Counted from the stretch's first letter, positions 27,294 to 37,616 are shown. The stretch: DNA of 64,000 bases from an uncultured Flavobacteriales bacterium (GCA_905181585.1 CAJIYG010000005.1:32615-96614); one strand, 5' to 3'. Program-made: numbers and translations. Notes: generated by a model not told the origin, from the sequence alone.

Positions 27294-29397
27294 ATGAGAA
27301 AAAATGCTGAAAAAAAAATTATTTTAAAGGTAGAAGGAATGACCTGTAATAATTGTGCAGCAGGCATAAAAAAACATCTTGAAAAGAGTTTAGATAGTAA
27401 AGTTAATGTTAACTTTTCAATTGGTGAAGTAAGTTGTTATACTAATGAAAAACATCATAAAAGAGATCTTATTAATTTAATTGAAGACATAGGCTTTCGA
27501 GTTGTTAAAACAAAGTCAAAAAAAACCTAAACTTTTCTAAAAGTGAAATCTATTTTCTTGTTTCTCTAATTTTCACAACTCCTCTTTTCTGTCATATGTT
27601 TGTCTCTGAAACAAACATATTGCATCAACCAATAATTCAATTATTTCTTTGCTTACCAGTATATTTTATAGGAATAGTTTTTTTTGGTAAAAGTGCATAT
27701 TATTCTATAAAAAGTAAAGTCCCTAATATGGATGTTTTAATTTTTATAGGAAGTACTGCTGCTTTTTTTTATAGTTTATATGGTTGGTGGTTATTTCAAG
27801 ATACGGAATTAGTTAAAAATTATCTCTTTTTTGAAACAACTGCAACTATTATTACACTCGTTCTTCTTGGAAATGTTCTTGAGCATCGATCTGTCAAACA
27901 AACTACAACATCAATCGAAGAACTTAACAAAATCAAAGAATCAATTGCAAAAAAAGAATTAGGAGAAGAAGTTATTGATGTAAATTATAATGACATAAAA
28001 AAAGATGATATTCTTATTGTTAACAAAGGAGATCAAATTCCCCGTAGATGGAAAATTATTTGGGGCTCATGCTCTGTTGATGAGTCTATGATAACAGGTG
28101 AAAGTCTTCCAATTTCAAAAAATATAAATGATGAAGTAATTAGAGGTACTATTTTAGTGCATGGAAGTATTAAAATTGTGGCTATAAAAGTAGGTAAGGA
28201 AACTACTATTTCTAATATAATTGAAATGGTGAAAAATGCTCAATCTAATCAACCAAATATTCAAAAAATTGGTGATAAAGTTAGTGCAATATTTGTGCCT
28301 TGTGTATTGCTAATATCTCTCTCAACATTTTTTATTTGCTTATTTTATTTAAATATTACTATTAATGATTCTTTTTTAGAGCAATTGCTGTTTTAGTTAT
28401 TTCTTGCCCTTGCGCTATGGGTCTTGCAACACCAACTGCAGTGATGGTGGGATTAGGAAAGAGCAGCAAAGCAAGGTATTCTTATTAAAGGAGGTGATAC
28501 TTTAGAAAAAATGGCAGTAATTAAAAATATTGCTTTTGATAAAACAGGAACTATAACCACTGGAAGATTTAAAATAACATTATTTAAGTGTAATGTTGAA
28601 AATGAGAGATTTTATTAAAAAAATTATTTACAACTTAGAAAAACATTCTTCACATCCGATTGCAATTTCTTTGGTAAAAGAATTAGAAAAGTATTCTTCA
28701 GAAATTGAATTAAAAAATATTCAAGAGAATGAAGGTTTAGGTATTTCTTGCTTTTACAATCAGGATAAATATATGATTTCTTCAAACCTTGAAAGTTCAG
28801 AGTTATTTGATATTAAAGTAACTAAAAATAATCTTGTTGTTGCCGAAATAAAATTAGAAGATGAGATAAAAACAAATACTAAAGAAATAATTACAAAGCT
28901 AAATAATGAAGGATACAATACTTATTTAATAAGTGGTGATAGTTACAATAAATGTGAAATTATTAACAGAAAAATTAAAGTTTACTGATTTCTTTTACGA
29001 GCAAAAACCTGAAAATAAGCTTAAAAAAATTGAAGAATTAAATAATTCAAACCCAACTGCTATGCTGGGAGATGGTATTAATGATGCTCCAGCACTATCT
29101 AAAGCATTTATTGGAATTTCTTTAGCAAGTGCTAGCCAAATTGCTATTCAATCCTCAGATGTTATTTTACTAAATAAAAACAATCTTAATCAACTTAATA
29201 AAGCATTCAAAATAAGCAGACACACTCTGCGAACAATTAAACAAAATTTATTCTGGGCTTTTTCTTATAACTTATTGCTATTCCGATTGCTTGCCTTGGA
29301 TATTTAAATCCAATGTGGGCAGCACTTTTTATGGCTTTTTCTGATGTTGTGGTTAGTAGGTAATTCTATAAGGTTAAAATTTAAAAAAATTTTTTAG
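27294..29397 (+). pseudogene. copA: Copper-translocating P1B-type ATPase (CopA-like) interrupted by at least 8 single-base indels
   Basis: HMA domain GMTCNNCAAGI. TGES (ITGESLP). CPC at 28405-13 and DKTGT at 28538-52 both lie outside any listed ORF. HP motif SSHPIA. GDGINDAPAL hinge. The tail is readable to TAG 29395-97. Confidence 0.85.
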
Positions 29398-29435
29398 TAT
29401 TATTACATTAGAATTTTTTAACAAAAAAAAATATT

Positions 29436-31382
29436 ATGAAAAAAACTTTTACAACTCTTGTTTCATTATTATTCTCAACAATTATTATCGCTCAAATTTC
29501 GCCACATAAGCTAAAAAATGGCAATATTCAAGCAAAAATAAATGATAAAGTAATTATGAGCGGTAGTGAATCTTTGTCTCACTTGATGGTTAACCCCAAT
29601 CCGAACACAATTGCTTTAAAGACTGTTTCTAGCAATGAAGAAATGCTTGGCTCAACTACTTATGACCTTCAATCTAATGCTTGCTGTTGACAATAGACTA
29701 ATTAGACATAGCTGACGGAACATATCTCAGCAGCTTGGACTATGAGTGCTCAATTCTCTACTTCCTACTCTGATAGAGGAACAGGCTATAATTTTTATGA
29801 TGGATCTTCTTGGGATTCATACCCAAATGCTAGATTAGAATCTTCTAGAGGGGGTTGGCCTTCAATTCTTGCAACAGGTTCTGGATAAAGAAATATGCTA
29901 TTACGCACAACACTGATAATGGTTATTTGAACCTATGACTCATCGCTCTTCTATCGGTTCTGGTAGCTTGGCAATGAAGATCTCCGATATCTTCTCATAG
30001 ATAGTAATGGGGTCTATACAGAGACATAATCTGGAATAGAGCCGTTATTGGAGGTAGCAAGTCAACAAACTATTCACATGGTTGGTGTTATTGCCAACAC
30101 AGCTCTTGGTGGAACGATATACAACGGGCTTAGATGGAGCTCTGGTTTACTACAGATCTCAAGATGGTGGCTGCAACATGGGACATCAAAGACTCTACAG
30201 CTTACCAACTTTAGATTCTACTAAATATTTAGGGTTTTCGTGGTGATAGTTATGCAATTGCTATGCAACGGTGAAACTGTTGTTGTTGCTTACTTTGGTG
30301 GCTCTAGATGACTCTGCTATCATAAAGTCTTCCGATAATGGAAATACTTGGAATGCAACATCATTTCTTGATTTTCCAGTTGATAAGTATGCTCCAGATG
30401 CAGGTATAGATCTTGATAATGACGGTCTAATGGACAGTCTTTATTCTACTGATGGTACAGGAGCACTTTTATTAGATGATAATAATATGGCACATGTTTT
30501 CTATGGAAATATGCTTTTACTAGATGCTGATTTAACGGACGGAAACACATCATACTTTGCCTCTACAAACGGTTTAATGTACTGGAATGAAAATATGGGA
30601 GCTGATGATTATGCTAGTAATCCAATTGTCCCTTCAACTCCTTCTCTTTGGTTTTCCAGTCTTCGCTCAAATGATTGCAAGCGCGCAAGACACAGACGGA
30701 GATAACCTTTTAAACTATGTAGATTACCCTACTTATTATATGTCATTAACTTGTATGCCTAATGCTGGTATTGATGCTAATGGAAATATTTTTGTTTCCT
30801 ACTCTGAGTTAATGGAAAATATCGATAATGGCTCTCAAAACTTTAGACATGTAAATGTTATTAAAAGTATGGACGGTGGTGTTAGCTGGAGCGCCCCTAC
30901 TGATGTCACTCCTCACACTGCATGGTCTGGAGCTCAAGAGTGTGTCTTTCGCAACTATGGATAGAAATGTAGATGATAAAATTAGATTAATTTATCAAAA
31001 AGATTTTGAGCCTGGTCTTGCTGTTAGAGGAGATGAAGATATAATTGATATTAATGAAATTATATATCTTGAAATGGACACAACTGAGTTAGGAAATACA
31101 TCCACAAATATTTCAGAAATTTCAAGTTTAAATAACATCTCACTATACCCTAACCCTGCTACAAACTCTACTAATGTAAATTTATATTCTTTAGAGAGTA
31201 AAAATACAACTTTAAGACTAAAAAATATTATGGGTAAAATTGTAAGTGAAGTAAATATCAACTTACTATCAGGTAATAATAATATCAAGCTTAACCTATC
31301 AAATCTTAAAAATGGGATTTACTTTATTAATTCTGAATCAATGAATGATACGAATTCAATAAAATTAATTATTTCTAAATAA
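29436..31382 (+). pseudogene. Secreted BNR/Asp-box repeat protein with T9SS C-terminal sorting domain, heavily frameshifted
   Basis: Signal peptide at 29436. GSTTYDLQSN motif. Asp-boxes SSDNGNTW (30328-51) and SMDGGVSW (30866-89). The C-terminal LYPNPATNSTNVNL ... GIYFI ... IKLIISK is a type A Por/T9SS sorting domain. The region 29690-30300 is readable only with many frame changes. Confidence 0.65.
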
Positions 31383-31397
31383 TTAATTTTATAATTT

Positions 31398-31433
31398 AAA
31401 AAAGGCTGAGCATATTATGTTCAGCCTTTTTTT
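31398..31433. terminator. Bidirectional Rho-independent terminator
   Basis: A6 - GGCTGAGCAT / ATGTTCAGCC (10-bp stem with one G-U, 3-nt loop) - T7, between convergent genes. Confidence 0.7.
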
Positions 31434-32133
31434 ATTTTATATCAGAAAGTAAATTAACTTTTGGAACTTGATGAGAGATAAAACCTTCAGCATACTTACA
31501 GAAAGCTTGTCGTCCTAGATCTTTTGCTCTATACTCAATACTCTCTAAAAAACCTTTAGAAGAAATAACGGTTTGAGATTCACTTGAACTAGGGTCATAA
31601 AATTGACTTTTATATGCTTTAACAGCTTTTAATTTTTCATCGAAAGTATCACTGATATCAATAAAAATATTGGGCTCAAGGCTATTAAACTGAATATAGT
31701 GGTAAATAGAGCTAGGTCTCCATACAGCTTGATTAGTATTAATCTTTTCAAGTCCTGAAAGAAAAGTAGAGTCAATTGTTAATTGAGAAGCTCTACCATG
31801 ATCAGGGTGTCTATCAGATGGAGCATTTGTAATTATAATATCAGGCTGATATTCTCTAATTTTTTTTATTATGCTAATCTGGTGGTTTTTATTATTTGCA
31901 AAAAAACCGTCAGCAAAGTTTAAGTTTTCTCGTAAATGAACGCCCATTATTTTTGAAGCTTCAGATGCTTCTTCTAATCTTGTTTTAGCATCTCCCCTAG
32001 TTCCTAATTCTCCTTGAGTTAAATCAACTATTCCAACTTTAAAACCATTATTAATATGTTTAATTATAGTTCCTCCACAACTAAGTTCTATATCATCTGG
32101 ATGGGCTCCAAAAACTAAAATATCTAATTTCAT
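31432..32133 (-). CDS. bshB1: PIG-L/LmbE family deacetylase, BshB1-like (bacillithiol biosynthesis)
   Basis: The GAHPDDIELSCGGT, HPDH and YHY-type motifs and the length (233 aa) match BshB1 as annotated in Bacteroidota. Confidence 0.65.
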   Translation of the reverse strand: MKLDILVFGAHPDDIELSCGGTIIKHINNGFKVGIVDLTQGELGTRGDAKTRLEEASEASKIMGVHLRENLNFADGFFANNKNHQISIIKKIREYQPDIIITNAPSDRHPDHGRASQLTIDSTFLSGLEKINTNQAVWRPSSIYHYIQFNSLEPNIFIDISDTFDEKLKAVKAYKSQFYDPSSSESQTVISSKGFLESIEYRAKDLGRQAFCKYAEGFISHQVPKVNLLSDIK

Positions 32134-35100
32134 TTATAAAATTTATTAAATTTAAATTTAGCTAATATAGCGCTTACAAATGTTATTGCTATCAAGTAGT
32201 AAACAAATGAAGGGATTGGCATAGGATCTCCAGCTGCGTAAGAATGAAGACCAGACAAGTAATAATTAACTCCAAAATATGTCATAATAATTGACCATAT
32301 TCCGATTAGAGAAGCTAAATTAAAAATATAAAATCCAGCTAGAGCAGGAATAAGTCTCATATGTAATATAAATACATAAACTAAAACACTAACTAGTGCC
32401 CATGTTTCTTTTGGATCCCACCCCCAATATCTACCCCAAGATTCATTAGCCCAAACTCCTCCTAAAAAAGTTCCAATTGTAAGCATAAATAATCCAATAG
32501 TAATCGATCTTTCATTTATTAAAGTTAATTCACTCAAAATATCTGTAATTCTTTTCTTTTTATTCTTTGTTGTAAAGATTATTAACCAAAGACAAAATAA
32601 ACCTAAAATAGCACTAAGAGAAAGGAAGCCGTAGCTAGCTGTGATAATAGCAACATGAATCATCAACCAATATGAATTTAAAACGGGAACTAAATTTGTT
32701 ATTTCAGGATCAAGCCAGTTTAAATGTGCCACCATTAATAATAAAGAAGCCACAATAGAAGTTGCTGCTAATGTCATATACGATCTTCTACTAAAAATAA
32801 TTCCAGCAAGCATAGTTGCCCATGCAATATAAATCATAGACTCATAGCCATTACTCCAAGGAGCATGACCAGAAATAATCCACCTGGCAATTAGCCCTAA
32901 TGTTTGAGCAAAAAATCCAGTAAAAATTAACCATTTAACAAAGTGAATAATTTTTTCAATAATAACATTTGAATTAAAAATTTGATATAAAAGTAAAATG
33001 AGAAAAACTAAACCAATGATAAAATAAAACATAAATAAGTTTGAGAAGATATTTACTTTGTTGTATAAAACTTCTAAGTTAATTTTATAATCAGCGGGCA
33101 TTACATCAGAACCATATCGATTCTGAAATTTTGATATGTAAGAGACTACACTATCACAAGTTGCCCAGTCAGAATCTTTTATTGCACTGTTTATAGAAGT
33201 AAAATACATCTTCATTATATTAGATACAAAAAGAGAATCGTTTGAAGAAAAAACTTGACTATCAACTGATGAAAACCAAGTATTATTAGAATCATTTGGT
33301 AAAGGAAAAAATCTTAAAATACCGCCATTATAGATTGTAAAACAAATATTCACTCTCTCATCAACAGTAATAATATCTTTTTCATATTTGCCCCTATCAA
33401 TAGGTTTTTTGGAATAAGCAATCTCCACTTCTTCTTTTAATACATAATTTCCTTCTTTATCAAAAAACATCTTAAAAGGAACTCTACTTTCACTTGTATT
33501 AAGAAGTTCCTTAAGTTTTTCATGACTTATCTTAATCATTGGAACTTGGCTCCAAACAATAGGGTTATTCATCATTCCCAAAATAACTTGAGAAGCAGAT
33601 TGATTTAGAATTATATTTTTTCTAGATATTTTTCTTAGGTATTCAGAAAAAACAGTATTAACAGGCTTTACTCTCCCTCCGATATCTTGAACTAATAGGG
33701 TTTCAAATACTTTTATATGATTAGTAGAAATTTCATTTGACTTCATCAAACTATCTAAATTTTCTGCACCTAGATAATTTATTGATGATAATAAAATTAG
33801 TAATGAAAGAATAGACTTCTTTTTAAGTTTATTTAATTTTCTACTTAAAAAAGAGAATCTTGTTTTATCACTAAAGAATACTAGTACCATGCCAAGAGAC
33901 AACAAGAAATATCCTAAATAGCTAATATATGTTCCCCACATATCATGGTTAACAGACAGAATTGTACCTTTTTCATCTTGGTCATAAGAAGATTGAAAAA
34001 ACCTGTAACCTCTGTAATCTAAAACATTATTCATATAAATTCTGTAATCTTTATTAAAATTTTTATCAACTACTGTCACTTCAGCAGCAAATGAGGCTGG
34101 ACTTTCTGAACCAGGATAACGTTCAAGCTGAAACTCTCTTAATTGAATAACAAATGGAGTTTGATATGCTTTAGATCCATATGATAAATCAAAGTATAGT
34201 CCCCCTAAAGTAAATTTTTCACTATTTGGAATAAATCCCTTACCTCCTTTTAAACGAACTTCTTTAGATTCACCATTACATTTCACATCTAGTATTAAAG
34301 CATTATCACCTCCATCTTTCATAATATCTGAAGTACTATAAAGCTGATTAGCACCGCTATCCATAATATCCTTTAAAACTAAATTAAGACTTTCTAAGGA
34401 ATACAGTGTTTTCCTTTCTAATATAAATTTCTTATTTGCTAAAAACTCTCCAGTAGACCTGTCACTCATCTTCATCGACTGAATATTGAATGGAGCAATA
34501 CAATATAAGATACTGTCTTCGAAAAAGAAATTTACAGCACCAACCTTTTGATTATTAAATGTAAAAACATACTTATCAATTCTTCTTTGTTCATTCAATT
34601 TCAAGTATTCAGATTGCATTCCATTCTCACCAGGAACAACAAGATGAAGAGTTTGAATACCCTCTTTGGAGTTTAAAAATGTATCTCTAACATTAGGAAA
34701 GAAATCTTTGTAGGAAATAGAAATATCATTGTTTAAAAAATTTACTGGAATTGAAAAATTATTATTTGAAATTGCTGAAAGAAATAATTTTTTATCTCTT
34801 TCATATTGTAAATTCCTATTATCAACTTTTATTTGCAGAAAAACATCATCTGAAATAACAAGATTTGACTGTTCATTCTCTCTTATATGCATCATCCCTT
34901 CAAAACCATAATACCTTGTAACTGCAGAACCAATTAATATTACAATAAAAGACAAATGAAACATTAGAACAGCTAACTTTTCCTTTCTGAAGAGATTATA
35001 TCTCTTAAGATTATAAATTAAATTAGCAGTTAATAAAAATAAAATTAATTCAAACCACCATTTTGTGAATATTAGAGCTTTTGCAGTATCTCTGCCAAAA

Positions 35101-35204
35101 TCATTTTCAATGAATGTTGCATAACCAATTACAGCAGCAAATAATAAAATAAGAAAAGTAGCTAATTTTACAGATACGAGAAATAAAAAAAAACGTTTTA
35201 TCAT
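32130..35204 (-). CDS. ccsBA: Fused system II cytochrome c biogenesis protein CcsB(ResB)-CcsA
   Basis: 1024 aa. N-terminal ResB-like membrane/periplasmic region. C-terminal CcsA with WWD domain WGRYWGWDPKETWAL and conserved His residues. Confidence 0.85.
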   Translation of the reverse strand: MIKRFFLFLVSVKLATFLILLFAAVIGYATFIENDFGRDTAKALIFTKWWFELILFLLTANLIYNLKRYNLFRKEKLAVLMFHLSFIVILIGSAVTRYYGFEGMMHIRENEQSNLVISDDVFLQIKVDNRNLQYERDKKLFLSAISNNNFSIPVNFLNNDISISYKDFFPNVRDTFLNSKEGIQTLHLVVPGENGMQSEYLKLNEQRRIDKYVFTFNNQKVGAVNFFFEDSILYCIAPFNIQSMKMSDRSTGEFLANKKFILERKTLYSLESLNLVLKDIMDSGANQLYSTSDIMKDGGDNALILDVKCNGESKEVRLKGGKGFIPNSEKFTLGGLYFDLSYGSKAYQTPFVIQLREFQLERYPGSESPASFAAEVTVVDKNFNKDYRIYMNNVLDYRGYRFFQSSYDQDEKGTILSVNHDMWGTYISYLGYFLLSLGMVLVFFSDKTRFSFLSRKLNKLKKKSILSLLILLSSINYLGAENLDSLMKSNEISTNHIKVFETLLVQDIGGRVKPVNTVFSEYLRKISRKNIILNQSASQVILGMMNNPIVWSQVPMIKISHEKLKELLNTSESRVPFKMFFDKEGNYVLKEEVEIAYSKKPIDRGKYEKDIITVDERVNICFTIYNGGILRFFPLPNDSNNTWFSSVDSQVFSSNDSLFVSNIMKMYFTSINSAIKDSDWATCDSVVSYISKFQNRYGSDVMPADYKINLEVLYNKVNIFSNLFMFYFIIGLVFLILLLYQIFNSNVIIEKIIHFVKWLIFTGFFAQTLGLIARWIISGHAPWSNGYESMIYIAWATMLAGIIFSRRSYMTLAATSIVASLLLMVAHLNWLDPEITNLVPVLNSYWLMIHVAIITASYGFLSLSAILGLFCLWLIIFTTKNKKKRITDILSELTLINERSITIGLFMLTIGTFLGGVWANESWGRYWGWDPKETWALVSVLVYVFILHMRLIPALAGFYIFNLASLIGIWSIIMTYFGVNYYLSGLHSYAAGDPMPIPSFVYYLIAITFVSAILAKFKFNKFYK

Positions 35205-35220
35205 TGAAAATATTAAAGCA

Positions 35221-35228
35221 CAAAGTTA
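35221..35228 (-). promoter_or_regulatory. -7 promoter box (TAACTTTG) for ccsBA-bshB1
   Basis: Exact TAnnTTTG on the minus strand. The G is 17 nt upstream of the start at 35204. Confidence 0.45.
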
Positions 35229-35240
35229 CAATTTGTTTAG

Positions 35241-35248
35241 TAAATTTG
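35241..35248 (+). promoter_or_regulatory. -7 promoter box (TAAATTTG)
   Basis: Exact TAnnTTTG. The ATG at 35269 starts 21 nt after the G. Confidence 0.45.
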
Positions 35249-35268
35249 TATAACAATCATTTTATAAA

Positions 35269-36021
35269 ATGAAGAAAATTATTTTTATTGGCTCGGGTAA
35301 TGTAGCTACAAGTTTAGCAGTTAGTTTGGATGAGAATAATTACAAAATTCTTCAAATTTTTAGCAGATCATTATCTAATGCAAAACTACTTGCCGATAAA
35401 GTAAAAGCAGAAGCAATTGATGATTTATCTAAAATAAAAACAGCTGATATTATTATAATATCAATTAAAGATGATTTCATCAAAGGTATCTTAAAATCAT
35501 ATCATTTTGATAATATTGTTCATACAAGCGGCTCTATGGATATTAATATATTTGATGAAAGAGTTAAGAATTTCGGAGTACTATACCCAATTCAAACATT
35601 TAATAAAGAAATAAATATTGATTTAAGTGAAACACCTTTTCTTATTGAATGTAATAATACGTCATTTGAAAAAAGTATTAGAGAATTAGCACAATCTATC
35701 TCATCTAATGTTTTTAAAATTAAATATAATGATAGAAAAAAAATTCATTTAGCTGCAGTTTTTGCATGTAACTTTAGCAATAGAATGATTGGTATCTCAA
35801 AAGAAATTATGGAAAATAATAATTTAGATTTTTCTCTTATTAAACCACTTATTAATCAGACAATGAAAAAAATAAGTGAAGGAGAACCAAATAAATTACT
35901 AACTGGCCCAGCAAAAAGAAAAGATGTTAAAATTATAGAGAATCACATTAAACTAATTGAAAATACTGATCATAAGAAAATATATGAGCTTATTAGTAAG
36001 GATATAATGAATTTAGAATAA
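35269..36021 (+). CDS. Rossmann-fold NAD(P)-binding protein with DUF2520-like C-terminal domain
   Basis: IIFIGSGNVATSL dinucleotide-binding motif. The length and C-terminal LTGPA.R.D motif fit the DUF2520 family. Confidence 0.6.
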   Translation: MKKIIFIGSGNVATSLAVSLDENNYKILQIFSRSLSNAKLLADKVKAEAIDDLSKIKTADIIIISIKDDFIKGILKSYHFDNIVHTSGSMDINIFDERVKNFGVLYPIQTFNKEINIDLSETPFLIECNNTSFEKSIRELAQSISSNVFKIKYNDRKKIHLAAVFACNFSNRMIGISKEIMENNNLDFSLIKPLINQTMKKISEGEPNKLLTGPAKRKDVKIIENHIKLIENTDHKKIYELISKDIMNLE

Positions 36022-36025
36022 CTGT

Positions 36026-36997
36026 ATGCTAGCAAAAATTATGATTATTCGTCCTTTAAATTTATTTATCATTCTTTTAACAATGTATATTTTTAAATTA
36101 GGCTTGGTTAATCTTTTCATTCAAAACTCAGCTCTTAATAGCCTTAACTACTTTCTATTTGTAATCGCAACAATTTTCATCACAGCTGCTGGTTATATAA
36201 TAAATGATATTTACGATATAAAAACCGACTCCATAAATAAGAAAAATTCATTTTCAGGAAATAAACTAAGTATAAAAAGTGCTCTAACCCAATACACTAT
36301 TTTTAATTCTTTAGCAATTCTTATTATAACCTATGTATCTTATGCAATTAATCAAATTGCTCTTACTCTAATCTTTATTCTAACCATTATATTATTGTGG
36401 TTATATTCAAAAGTATTGAAAAGCACTTTTCTTTTAGGTAATTTATTAGTTAGTGGAATAATCGCAACAAGTATTATAAACATATTTCTCTTTGATATTT
36501 TACCAGTTTATAATTTAAACCCCTCATCTGAAATATTACTTAAAGTGATACTTATATTTTCATTTTTTGCTTTTATAACTAATCTTAAAAGAGAGATAAT
36601 TAAAGATATTGTTGATATTGAAGGTGACAAGGCAATTAATGCCAATACTTTACCCATAAGAATTGGTGTCAAAACAACAAAAAAAATATTAGTTACATTA
36701 ACTACAGTGCTGATAATTATGGTTAGTTTCTGGCAATATTTTCAGTACAGTGTAAAGAAAACATTTTTTGATCTAAGTAGTTTTGGAGATAATATTAATC
36801 AAATTGTTATTTGGGGAACAGACTTTTTTTCTATTACATATGTTTTCATAATTCAAATATTATTATTTTGTTTTCTTTACCTATGTCTATCTGCTAACTT
36901 CAAACAAGATTATATAAAATTAAGTCTTATTGCAAAAATCATTATGATGATTGGTATTTTAGCAATACCTGTTTTTTCAATAAGTTATTTTATATAA
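36026..36997 (+). CDS. UbiA family prenyltransferase of the DGGGP-synthase-like type
   Basis: Nine or so TM segments. First Asp-rich motif NDIYDIKTD. Second acidic motif KDIVDIEGD. Confidence 0.7.
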   Translation: MLAKIMIIRPLNLFIILLTMYIFKLGLVNLFIQNSALNSLNYFLFVIATIFITAAGYIINDIYDIKTDSINKKNSFSGNKLSIKSALTQYTIFNSLAILIITYVSYAINQIALTLIFILTIILLWLYSKVLKSTFLLGNLLVSGIIATSIINIFLFDILPVYNLNPSSEILLKVILIFSFFAFITNLKREIIKDIVDIEGDKAINANTLPIRIGVKTTKKILVTLTTVLIIMVSFWQYFQYSVKKTFFDLSSFGDNINQIVIWGTDFFSITYVFIIQILLFCFLYLCLSANFKQDYIKLSLIAKIIMMIGILAIPVFSISYFI

Positions 36998-37578
36998 TGT
37001 TAGATAAAATCAATAAATACAAAATTATTTTAGGATCTAATTCCCCAAGAAGAAAAGAAATTTTACTTAAAATGGGAATAAATTTTATAGTAAGAAGTTA
37101 TAATGATGATGAAAAGGTACCAAAGAAAATTATAGCAGAAGATCACTGTACATTTTTGGCAAAAAAGAAAAGCGATGCTCTTAAAAAACAATTAAATGAA
37201 AATGAAATATTAATAACTGCAGACACAACTGTTGTAATAGATAATATTGTTTTAAATAAACCAAAAGATGCCCAAAATGCTTGTGAGATGTTAAGAAAAA
37301 TTTCAGGAAAAGAACACTTAGTTATCACAGGAGTTTGCTTGGCTAATAATAGTAAACAATTTATTTTCTCAGAAAAAACTCAAGTAAAATTTCAGAAATT
37401 AAATGAGAAAGAAATTCAATACTACATAAAAAAATATCAACCATTTGATAAGGCTGGCTCATATGGAATTCAAGAATGGATTGGGTTAATAGGTGTAGAG
37501 TCAATAGATGGTTCATATACAAATGTTGTTGGACTTCCCTCTTCAAGACTCTATAATGAACTTAATAAATTTATTTAG
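36997..37578 (+). CDS. maf: Maf family nucleoside triphosphate pyrophosphatase
   Basis: ILGSNSPRR.E.L N-terminus, ADT.V and KAG.YGIQ motifs. Its start overlaps the previous stop. Confidence 0.85.
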   Translation: MLDKINKYKIILGSNSPRRKEILLKMGINFIVRSYNDDEKVPKKIIAEDHCTFLAKKKSDALKKQLNENEILITADTTVVIDNIVLNKPKDAQNACEMLRKISGKEHLVITGVCLANNSKQFIFSEKTQVKFQKLNEKEIQYYIKKYQPFDKAGSYGIQEWIGLIGVESIDGSYTNVVGLPSSRLYNELNKFI

Positions 37579-37591
37579 CATTTGTTTTTAT

Positions 37592-37599
37592 TATCTTTG
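37592..37599 (+). promoter_or_regulatory. -7 promoter box (TATCTTTG) for the wza/wzc-like pair
   Basis: Exact TAnnTTTG. The ATG at 37617 starts 18 nt after the G. Confidence 0.45.
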
Positions 37600-37616
37600 T
37601 TCATTAATTATTTAGT

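Noticed and set aside
27118-31433. tRNA-His-adjacent block (copA + T9SS protein) as an integrated genomic island
   Set aside because: There is no integrase, transposase or phage gene, and I could see no direct repeat of the tRNA 3' end. The block lies on the 5' side of the tRNA (its 3' end faces the thioredoxin genes), which is the wrong side for classical tRNA-targeted integration.
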